The translations under genes were made by a program, and so were the position numbers. The notes beneath the pieces are model-generated. The model was not told where the DNA came from, did no database searches, and saw nothing but the letters and a program-made list of their open reading frames with translations. Below are positions 54,615 through 64,000 of a stretch of 64,000 nucleotides of DNA, piece by piece. Numbering within the stretch: the first letter of the stretch is position 1; the number at the start of each line of letters is the position of its first letter. This stretch comes from Prasinococcaceae sp. CCMP 1430. Taxonomy: Eukaryota; Plantae; Prasinodermophyta. The stretch covers positions 287,544 to 351,543 of the forward strand of contig RQSC01000004.1 in NCBI GenBank assembly GCA_013416795.1, given 5' to 3'.

Positions 54615-55412
54615 GCCGAGTGGAGCACGCAGGCACACGCAGAAGAAGGATACGCACCTCGGTCGCACAATAGCAGGACGACGACACGCGCGCAAGCCCA
54701 CTCCTCTCCCTCTGGCTCTCCCTACGACGAGAGATGACTCGCAATTGCACCGAAGCAACAATCAAAGCGCATGCACGCACGCGCGCGCGCGCGCACGCCC
54801 ACGTCCTCGCAGCGCGCGCGCCTCGCCCGGCGACCGGCCACATAGGACCTCCTTTGTGATTCGCCTGATCATTCTATTAAAGTGGCAATGAGTTCACACT
54901 TTACACGCCAAACAATCGGAAAGGCTGGTCGGAAAAGCCGAAGGAGGCCCCAACGAAAAAAAGCGCGGGCGGGTGTGAATTTCGGCGATCGCACCCGCGT
55001 TTCGGCCGCTGGTCGCTCCCATCAAAACGCCTTCGCGCCCGCCCGCGCGCGTCGCTGCGGCGCGAGAAAGCGCTGCTGGCCGCCGCCGCGGGAGCAGGCC
55101 CAACGCAGCCGCCGCGGTGTGGCGCGCACTCCCGCTCCCCAGGAGCGGCCGCGCCGCCCGCGCGGTAAGCCCCGCCGCCACTGCCCCCTATCTCCTCTCC
55201 TCCTACCCCCCCCCCCCGGGTGGCGCGCTGCTGGACCCGGTCCGAGGGCCGTCGCTCCGACTCCGGACTGTCCGCGGCGGGAACAGCCTCCACGGGCATT
55301 GCCTCGTAGGGTCACCACGTTCAGCCAGCGCCGCGGTGTCGTGGACAGCGCACTTGTCTGACAGCAGGTGTGCAGGCACGCAAGACAGAGAGGCTCGAGC
55401 GCGCGTCTCACG

Positions 55413-57867
55413 ATGGTGGTGGGGACGCAGCTCGGATACTTCGCTCTGGCGGCGCCTGCGCTCGTGCTCTCGGCGCTCGCGCTCGTGCGCTACTTCGCGG
55501 CGCCGCACGTCCCGCTCGACGGACAGCTCGACGCGCTCGTGTCCTATGCGGGGGCTCTGAGCGTGCTCGTGCTCGTTCCCGCGGACGTGTGGTCGGCTCT
55601 CAATCGTCCAGACCGCGCGGCGGTGCCCGACTCTGGGGACAGGAAGGTGCGGTGGGGGGCGCGACTGGGAGCGGGACGCGCATGCGCCCTCGCACCGCCA
55701 TGCTGTTGGCTCGCGAGATCGCGCTGGCATTTCGTGGCGAATGCGTTGACTGAGTGCACGACGCTGACCGCAGATGTGCTCCTTTGTCTTTGCATTCGCA
55801 CGCCCACAGGTGCTGGGCATTCTTTGGTACGTGGCGTACTTCTTCTGCTTCGCAGCGATGTTCACCACATTGCCCATGCATGCAGAATATTTGAACCGAG
55901 GCGAGCGATTTTGGTGGCAGCGCGCGTACCAGGCCATTCGCGTGAATTTGCTCTTCTACGCGGTGTGCGTGGTCATCGGCGTCGTGGGGTTCGCCGCCCT
56001 TATCATACAGGGAACGCTCGACCTCGAGGGCATCGTGGGCTTCGCCACGGGCGCGTCCAACGCTTTCGGCCTGTTCCTCTCGCTCTTTTTGATGGGCTAC
56101 GGGCTCGTAGAGATCCCCAAGAAGGCCTGGCGCTCAGCAAACTACGCCATGCGCGAGCGCCTGGCAACCCACCTCGTCGGCGTGCGCGCCGAAGAACTGG
56201 TGAAGACGCACACGGAACTCGTCACCTGCGTCCTCATCACCCGTCACCTCAAGACGTACATGCGACATGGGCCTGGTGCTGACCATTTGCTCGAGGTCTC
56301 GGACGAGGCGGAGCGCGACATAGAGGAGTGCGGGCTCAGCGACGCCGCCTCGCGCGCCATGACGATGAACGACTCGTACGACGACGAGGATTACGACGAC
56401 GACGTCGGGATGGCCAGGCTGCACAAACGACTGAAGGCCGCTCGCGTTGCGTACAGCCGCGCCCTCGTCAGACTGCCGCGAGCAGTCAAGCGCGCCCTGG
56501 ACATGGCGGATCGCCGCGCGGGCCAGGCCAACGGCAGCTGGGGCGCGCGCTACGAGTACACGTTGCCACGCGCCGGTCGGTGCTCACCCGACTGGTGCCG
56601 GCAGCTCGAATGGGCGTGGAAATGCCGGCTCCAGCCAGTGTGCGCCCGTCTGGGGGCACTGGCGCTCGCGCTGCTGTCGGCCACAGTGGTGTACTCGCAG
56701 GTGACCCTCGCGGCGGGGTGCGCCCAGCCCAATTTCAGCCTCTTCTCGGCCATCGTTCACTACAATCAGGAGTGCGACAAGCCCGTGTGGACTCCGCTGC
56801 TGGACGCCCTCGTGCTGCTACCGCTCACCTATATTTGCCTCAGCACGCTTTACGGCCTGTTCAAAGTGCAGATCTTCTCCACCTACGTGCTCACCAAGGG
56901 CGCCTCGGATGGATACAGCATGCTCACCTGTGCGCTCCTCATGTGCCGGCTCTCATCACCAATTGCCTACAACTTCCTGCGCATCACTTGCGTGGACGAC
57001 GGGCGCTGCGCACGCTTCTTCGAGGACGCGTGCAGCGCAGCGCTCACGGACGACGCGTGCGCCGCAGCGGGAACCATCGAGGGGCAGCCCGGCACCGTTT
57101 GCACCTGGGACGCCGCCAACCAGACGCAGCCATGCTTCCTCCCCCAGAACGTCGCCGACTCCTGGCAGACGGTCTTCTACGAGAACATCGGCCAGCAGAT
57201 CGACAAAGCCCCGCTGGTTGGAAAGGACCTCAATCAGTACGTGCCGGCCCTACTGCTGCTGCACGTCTTCTTGCTGGTCATCGGGCTGTACGATCGCCTG
57301 TGTGGCATCTGTTCGCCGACGCAGCGCTTCCGCTTCTCTCATGAGGATGACGCTCACGAGGACCGCTTCATGGTGCAAGGCCGGCACACGCTGCGCGAGG
57401 TGAGGGCAAATCTGGCCGAGGGAGCGCCATGGCTCGCCGGACTCGCGGGGACAGGCACGGCAGGTGGCGCCGCAGGCGCCGGCATGGCCGGCAGCGGCGC
57501 CGGGACTCCGCAGGCCACGCGGCCGCCGCCAGCCCAGCCGTCGATGTCGCCCGCCCGTGTCGACCGCCACGGGTCCGGCGGCACCGGCCGCTCGTGGCAG
57601 GAAACTAAGGACCGCCTGGCATCTGCTGCAGGCCGGGCAACCGCGGGAGAGCGCGTGGAGTACAAGCACGCGCGTCGCGGCAGTTCTAGCGGCGCAGGCG
57701 GCGGCGGTGGCTACGTGCAGATGTCTCCCCGTGGCGACGTCGCTGGTCGCAGCAGCGTGGGCGGATCGGGTGCGGCTGGCGTCGCAGCGGTCACAAAGAG
57801 CGGCCGGGCACTCGACAGGCTCTTCGGAGGCCCGGCGGGATCATCGGGACGCTCCCCGGGGCGCTGA
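55413..57867 (+). CDS. LMBR1-domain membrane protein (LMBRD2-like), 2 exons (intron 55647-55809)
   Basis: VLVLVPADVW, ASNAFGLFLSLFLMGYGLVEIPKKAW, LMCRLSSPIAYNFL, multiple TM helices; in-frame GT-AG intron. Confidence 0.92.
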
Positions 57868-58188
57868 CCGCGAGGCGCGCTGCTGGTGGCCGAGCGCTGG
57901 CGCTGTGACCCGGGGCCAGCCAGCGAGCACGTTGTTTGCAATGAGCTAGAGAAGACGAAGCGACTGCGCAGGGGCCGCGATGTCTTGTCGTCCGCGCACA
58001 TGCGCCGCACGAGGAAAGTAAGTGCGTCGATGCTTCTGATGTGCCGCTCGCTGATGTCGCTCGGGCTGCCTGCTCACATGCGCAGGCGATGGGCGTTTTC
58101 CGGTGACGGCGCGTAGCGGCGCCGCGAGGTCAAGAGCGGGAACATCGTCGGACCTCGCCAGCGCGACCGCAGGCCTGCAGACAGGCGC

Positions 58189-59546
58189 CTACATGATGGC
58201 ACAGCAGCCCGTAGAACCCTTGAACATTTGCTGCACCTCGCCAGCCTTCTGTATCTCCTCCAGGCGAGCCACGATTTCCGTGGCGTATGGTCGTTCCTCA
58301 GCGTCAGAGGACCAGCAGGCGAGCACGAGCGAGCGCAGCGATTCGGGCCACGAGTCTGGCACCCCCAAGCCAATGCCGTGCTCCTTGACCTTTTTCATGT
58401 ACAGCTGCTCCTTGTATGGGTTATCCAGCCCCAGCCTCGCCGAGGCAATCGTGTGGGCGAAGAGCTCATACACGACCACGCCGAACGCATAGACGTCCAC
58501 CCGACGTCCGTACCTATGAGAGCAGGGCATGCGAGCACATGCGTCAGGCACCGCTCACTCTGGCGCGCGCGTCGTCGACTCTCGCCAAGCGCGCCGTGCC
58601 ACGGGCGCGCGGCACCAGGAGCGCGGGCTCGCGCGTGCGCGCACACTCACTGCTTTCCCTCGACGATTTCCGGCGCGCAGTATGCGCACGAGCCCACGTT
58701 GCCGGTCATCTGATACATCGTATTGCGACGTGTCAGTTGGCCAGGGCGCGGCCTGACCGATCCTTCGTGCGGTAGTATAGGCAAGGGCTTGGCGATGCCG
58801 AAGTCGCACAGCACTGCCGTCGGTCGGGCCCCCAAAACGTCGCTCGCGCGCAAGACGACGTTGCCCAGCTTGAGGTCCCTGTGAATGATCGGCTGCGCCT
58901 GCGTGTGCAACGCGTCGAGCGCGCGCGCGATGTCAAGCGTCCACGCGAGCGCGTCGCTCGCGCTGTAGCTCCCAGTGCCGACGCTCTGCGCAACGACCTT
59001 GTTGGACAGCGAGCCTTCCGTGCAGAGCTCCTCCACCAAGAACAGGGAACGATCGCCCTTGCCGTCACCCAGGTCGCTTCCACTGCCTTGCACGACGCCC
59101 CATCCCACAAACTCGACGATGTTTGCGCACTTGCTGCTGAGCTCGCTGAGCAAACGTATCTCGCGCCGCATGTCGTTGAGGTCGCCAATTGACCCACGCA
59201 CGGGGCGCAGGCTCTTGACAGCAACCGGGCGCGGCCTTCCGCCGTCGCTCGGGGTGAACTCCATGGCGCACACGTCGCCGAATTGCCCGCACCCCAGGAA
59301 CTTTTTGAAGACCAATTGGTCCCAATCCACGCGCGAGCGCGAGAGCTCTTCGTCGCTCTCGAGGCTGTCGAAGAGCTCCTCGTGCGTCGAGGCCGACAGC
59401 TCAAGCTGCTTGATGCGAATCTGCTCACCGTCGTCCTCCGCGGCGCCATTTGGCTGCACGCTCACGGGTTTGAGGCGCGGGGGCGCGGAGCTTGGGGGCG
59501 ACACGTAGAAGGACTTGGAGAAGGATTTGGCGCGCGCCATCGCCAT
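58189..59546 (-). CDS. TKL-type Ser/Thr protein kinase with C-terminal CaaX, 2 exons (intron 58514-58650)
   Basis: GCGQFGDV, VAVKSL, HRDLKLGN, CDFG, GNVGSCAYCAPE, Q|YGRRVDVYAFG, CWSSDAEERP; ends GCCAIM. Confidence 0.93.
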
Positions 59547-60630
59547 TCGGCTGTACGCGCCCGCGCGCACCCGTGCCCTCTGGCGCGCGCGCGCGCCCTC
59601 GCGCCCGTGCGCTGCCGCGCGCGCCGGTCTGCGCTGTGGCGCGCCCGGTCGAGCCCTTCCGCTCGCACCCCACCCCTGGAGGCGACTCGATCCGCGCACG
59701 TGCCCACGCCTCCGCTCGCCCCCCCACTCGCCCTCTCGCTCGCGCGCGCCCCACCGAGCCGCCGGCGAGCGCCGCGGACGCACAGGTGCTGCGGCCAGGT
59801 TTCCGGCCGTCGGCGCTGACGAGGCGGCACACGCTCGCACCAAATCTCTCGCACGAGCACGGCGCGCAGTTGAAACATGCCACATGATGAATGTGTTTGC
59901 TCGCGTAAGGGCTCGCTTCACGTGCGTGCGGTTCCACCCACGTGGAATAATACCACGGACGGGAGGCAAACCCTTCCCTGAGACCCGCCGGGCGCGCACC
60001 GCGCAAAGGCCCGGGCCCAGCCGGCGCGCGCGCGCGCGCTCGGGGAACGCGCCGCCATCGGAACGAATTCGGGCTTGTGCGCGCCGGTCGAAGAAACACA
60101 TATTTCATATAGACTACAGACCCTCGACGAATTCGAAGAGAACAGACTCAAGACAACACGAGAAACCCAAGCACCCAAATATCCAAAGCTTCCAAACCCA
60201 AACCAACGCGTTCGCGCCACGTTGCGGTTGGAGTTAGGGTGGGAACGGGGTTTCGGGTCTGTTACATTCATCAAATCGCACGGCCTTTTGCCTCGGCGGG
60301 AACCGACGGCTGGCGCGCCGCCACGCCGCACTTATCCAAAGTGCGTCTGCGTGTCAAAAAAACACGGGGGCAGGCACTCCGGCGCGGGGTATTCCGCGGT
60401 TTGGCGGCGTGCGTGGCGCGCGGGGTGGTGAATTGGCATGCGCTGCGGCGCGGACCGCGGGGCGCGCGCGGCGCATTTCGCGCGCTCTAGACCGCGGTTT
60501 TGGTTTGCGTTTGCGGCCGGGGGCGCGCGCGCGCGGGCGTCGGAGCCGCGCGAAGTCCGCCGTACGGGGTGGGGTGGGGGTCACTGGGAGGGGGTCGCGC
60601 GGGCCGCNGCGCGCGGGACCCGCGCGCGCG

Positions 60631-62991
60631 ATGGGCGCGGCGGGCAAGGCGGGGGCGACGGGCGAGGGAGGTGAAGTGGACGGCGGGGACGGCGTCGATG
60701 ACGGAGGCGGCGACGGCGGCGGAGGCGTGACCACGACGACTCTCGGCGGCGTGAGGGCGGCACGGGACGCGCTCAGCGCCGAGGAGGCGGCCCTGGCTGC
60801 GGCGGGGGCGGCGCTGGCCGCGCCGGGGCGCGGCAAGGCGACCAACTCCGCCGAGCTGGTGCGTCCCGCCAAGGTGCCCGAGGCTACCGGCGGCTCCCCT
60901 CCCGTTGCTAGACCGCACCGCGGTGGCGGCGCAGCGGAGGGCGACCGGCTGATTCTTGACCGGCTACTCGCTGGGCTGCGGGGCCCCCGGTGGCGTGAGG
61001 GCGTGCGTGCGGCGGAGCTCGCGCTGGGCCGTGACGGCGGTGCCATCGCGCTGCGCGCATTCGGCGAGGACGGCGTCTCGCGGCTGTGTTTCGCCGCCCT
61101 GCGCCGCGCCCGGCGCGAACGCGCGCTGGAGGCGGTGATCCGCGTCGACGCGCGCATGCGGCGATTACCCGGGACGTTCGCCGCCCACCCCAAGACGTAC
61201 ACCCAGCTGCTCGCAGCGTACAGCGAGGCGGGCGAGTGGAAGCGTGCGGACACCGCGTGGCGCGAGATGCTCTCGCGCGGCGTGGCGCCTGATGTGCAGT
61301 GCTTCTCAGCGCTCATCGGCGCGTATGGCTCGTGCGGCGAGCTCTCTCGCGCCTTCGAGGCCTTCGGCGATATGCAGGCCCGCGGCGTCACCCCCAACAA
61401 CTACGTGTGCTCCGCGCTTGTGTCGGCGTGCGGCGTGGCCAACGAGCCCGAGCGTGCGAATGACGTGCTGCGCTGGATGCGCGACAACTCGGTGGTGCCA
61501 AACGCCGCCACCTGCTCTGCATACGTGAGCACGTGGGCGGGCGCCAGCGGCGACTGGCGAAAGGCGCAGGCCGCCTTCCAGCGCGCGCGGCGGTTGCGCG
61601 CGGACATTGCGGAGGCCGCCGGTCGCCCCCCGCTGGAGCGCGTGCTGGACTCGCCGGATGCGCACAACGCGTTGCTCGCGGCGTACGCCAGCTCAGGCCA
61701 GGTGGAGCGCGCGCTGCGCGCCGTGATGGCGATGCAGCGCGCCGGGCCCCCGCCCGACGTGGCCACGTACGGCGCGGTGGTGGCAGCATGCCTCAAGACG
61801 AACCAGTGGGACCGCGCCCTTGGAGTTGTCGAGGCGCTCGTGTCCGGGACGGGGGTGACGCCCAACGAGGCCATCTTCAACTCGCTCCTGAAGGCCGCCG
61901 CCGAGGCGGGAGACAAGGCCACCGCGCGGATCGACGACGTGCGCGAGCTGATGCTGCGCTGGCAGGAGCAGAGCGCGCGCCGGGACAGAGCGGCGCGCGC
62001 CGACGCCGCGTCCATCGGCGGCGACGACGGCGAGGGCGACGGGGGTGTCGCCGCGGCGGCGGCCGCCGCGGCCCTGCGCGCGGAGGCCGCCAGGCGGCGG
62101 GGCGCGGAGGCGCAGCGCATCGCCGCCATATCCAAGGCCGCGTCCGACGGAAACTTCGGGCGCATCGCCAACCTGCTGCTGCGGCCCACGCGGGCCGGCT
62201 CGAAGCCTGGGAGCGAGCGCAACGCCCCCTCCGAGCCTCTTCCCATTCAGGTGTACTCGGTGGTGCTGCGCGCGTGCGTGACCCACGGCGAGGGCGGCTT
62301 CGCGTGCGAGCTGCTGCGCCACCTGCGCTCGACGTATCCCGACCTGCTCGACACGCAGGCGTACAACCTGGCCATTCGCGCGTGCGGCGTGTCAGCCGAC
62401 TGGGAGATGGCCGTGGAGATCTTCGACGAGATGAAGGACGACATGCGCGAGCGCGCCGCGGCGCTGTGCGACGGCCGCGAGGGCGGCCCGGACGCCGTCG
62501 CCGGCGCGACCGGCGCCGCCGCGCTGCGCCCCGACGCGTACACGTTCAACTCGCTGCTGTACGCGCTCGCGGCCGGCGGCCAGCCCGCGATGGCCGAGGA
62601 GGTCATCAGCGAGATGGTCGACGCCGGCGTGACGGTGTCTGACTACGCGGCCAGCGCGCTCATCACCGCGCACGCCAACGGGTCGAAGGGCGCGCGCAAC
62701 GCGCTCGAGGCGGCGCGCCGCATGGCCGAGATGGGCGCGGGCGAGAGCGTGCACACCTTCAACGCCGTCATCCGCGCGTGCGCCAAGCACGCCGAGTGGG
62801 AGAAGGCGATCTACATTTACAACAAGATGCAGCAGCGCGGCATCGAGCCCAACGAGTACTCGCACAAGCTCATCCTGCGCGTGGCCAAGGCGGGCGTCGT
62901 CGCGACCGAGTCGGCGCAGCTCACCGCCGCGCTCGCCAGCGCAGCGATGTCCGCCGCGGGCGCGCTCGGCGTCGTGTACGGCCTCCTGTAG
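60631..62991 (+). CDS. P-class pentatricopeptide repeat protein (true start may be upstream of the N at 60608)
   Basis: Repeated PPR motifs: TYTQLLAAY, PDVQCFSALIGAY, PDVATYGAVVAAC, AYNLAIRAC, PDAYTFNSLL, TFNAVIRACAK. Confidence 0.92.
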   Translation: MGAAGKAGATGEGGEVDGGDGVDDGGGDGGGGVTTTTLGGVRAARDALSAEEAALAAAGAALAAPGRGKATNSAELVRPAKVPEATGGSPPVARPHRGGGAAEGDRLILDRLLAGLRGPRWREGVRAAELALGRDGGAIALRAFGEDGVSRLCFAALRRARRERALEAVIRVDARMRRLPGTFAAHPKTYTQLLAAYSEAGEWKRADTAWREMLSRGVAPDVQCFSALIGAYGSCGELSRAFEAFGDMQARGVTPNNYVCSALVSACGVANEPERANDVLRWMRDNSVVPNAATCSAYVSTWAGASGDWRKAQAAFQRARRLRADIAEAAGRPPLERVLDSPDAHNALLAAYASSGQVERALRAVMAMQRAGPPPDVATYGAVVAACLKTNQWDRALGVVEALVSGTGVTPNEAIFNSLLKAAAEAGDKATARIDDVRELMLRWQEQSARRDRAARADAASIGGDDGEGDGGVAAAAAAAALRAEAARRRGAEAQRIAAISKAASDGNFGRIANLLLRPTRAGSKPGSERNAPSEPLPIQVYSVVLRACVTHGEGGFACELLRHLRSTYPDLLDTQAYNLAIRACGVSADWEMAVEIFDEMKDDMRERAAALCDGREGGPDAVAGATGAAALRPDAYTFNSLLYALAAGGQPAMAEEVISEMVDAGVTVSDYAASALITAHANGSKGARNALEAARRMAEMGAGESVHTFNAVIRACAKHAEWEKAIYIYNKMQQRGIEPNEYSHKLILRVAKAGVVATESAQLTAALASAAMSAAGALGVVYGLL

Positions 62992-64000
62992 GCCCGAGCG
63001 GGTGCTCCTCCCCACAGATTCGTCGTCCCTCGCCAAGAGCGCGCGTGTAACTTTTCTTTTTGCGCAACGATGGATGGGTGTGTGACACCGCGCGTGCGGA
63101 CACTGGCTGGACACCGGCCGGACCCCCTAGCTGCGGTTGCCGAGTGTCGGTCGGTCGGCTCCGCGCGCCGCTGGCGGCTCCCGCGCCCCTCCCGCGCCGC
63201 CGCGTGCCACCCCCCGCCGTCACCGCCTCCCGCGTCGCCCATCGCCGCCGGCCGAGGACGCGGCCAGGCTCTGCTGCTCGTGCCAGCGGGTGGGCGAGGT
63301 GGGGTGGGGGAGGAGGTGTGCGCGCGCGCGAGCGAGTTTTTTTTTTTTGCGTCCCTTTTTTCGGCGCGACGCCGCTGTCCGCGCGCCGTTTCGATGGCCG
63401 ATTCGAATGCAAACAGCCGCGCGCCGCGTTGACAATGCCACTGCCAAAAAAAAAAAAGGGACGCTCGCTTTTTTCGCGCGCGGAAAAAAGGCGCTGCCGC
63501 CGCCGCCGACCGCCGGCGGCGCCGCTGGCCCCCCCCCCCCCCTTCCCCGATCCCGATCCGTCGCGCCGGCGCGCGCTTTCGCGGCCCCCAATTGCAAGAT
63601 CGAGATCCGCCCGACGGGCGTGTCGAGACCTGAACGAGCGTCATCAAGCACGCGCCTGATCCGCACGCCATCCCCATCCGCTGATCCAGATCGGGCACCG
63701 TCAATTGCAATTTGCAAGGCGAGCGTCGAGTCGCGCCCCCACGGGCGATCTGCTTCCAACCGACCGTCCGAAGCCTTCCGGACCGCAGGCTCGCCTCTTC
63801 CGATTTGGTTCCGCGGCCCGATGGGCTCGGGCTGCGGCGCAGAAAGGGGAATCCGAATGCCCCGATCGGCAGGTTGCCTGGGTTTAAGTGAATGCTGCTT
63901 GGGGCAGCTCTGTCCGGTGGCTCCCGTTGGCCGTGGCTCCCTGGGATCGCGTCCCGGGGCGCGCGCGCGCGCCGCGCGCTCGCGCGCGCGCGCGCGCCCG

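Noticed and set aside
2086-58650. Introner (repetitive intron) elements
   Set aside because: The introns share only splice signals and simple CG tracts, with no extended similarity or terminal repeats.
62817-63710. Minus-strand ORF overlapping the PPR 3' end
   Set aside because: Low complexity, crosses homopolymer promoter-like tracts, no domain.
1-64000. Prokaryotic operon, defence system, transposase or viral insertion
   Set aside because: Genes are eukaryotic with spliceosomal introns. No transposase, RT, integrase or capsid motifs were seen.

Overview
Gene-dense, very GC-rich eukaryotic nuclear DNA. It is almost certainly from a compact green alga of prasinophyte grade (Prasinoderma-like is my inference). 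Supporting signs are short GT-AG introns with CTGAC branch points, an SBP-box factor, a plant-type HSF, TPLATE/TSET subunits and PPR/DUF1995 proteins. About 35 protein-coding genes or fragments can be supported; most ORFs in the supplied track are antisense shadows of high-GC coding sequence. In order: TRM13 (missing from the ORF track, runs off the left edge), Mpv17/PMP22, MYND-finger protein, DHHC S-acyltransferase (PAT11-like), TASH3, SYS1, TWD40-2, NAD(P)H flavin reductase, a repeat protein, SBP TF, SEL1 protein, FkbM methyltransferase(s), OTU deubiquitinase, TRAPPC8, mitochondrial mL54, a DUF1995-SAP-Zn fusion, HSF, an At4g16180-like membrane protein, RRP46, PDCD2L, a TPR-like fragment, PIG-L, F-box and amino-acid transporter fragments, an alpha/beta hydrolase, ETF-alpha, DUF3422, LMBR1, a CaaX-tailed kinase and a PPR protein. 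The assembly is draft quality, with N gaps and several apparent collapses at GC-rich 5' ends. The most interesting observations are: (1) an unknown protein with ~6 tandem modules, five of them RVxF + basic-GS + helix (candidate multivalent PP1 scaffold); (2) two TSET/TPLATE subunits nearly adjacent in a trafficking mini-cluster; (3) a bacterial-type DUF3422 gene; (4) a DUF1995-SAP-DnaJ-Zn-SAP architecture; (5) a hairpin and an in-frame intron at the 5' end of HSF. I recognised no rRNA, tRNA, CRISPR array or transposon. All family assignments are from motif recall, not database searches.
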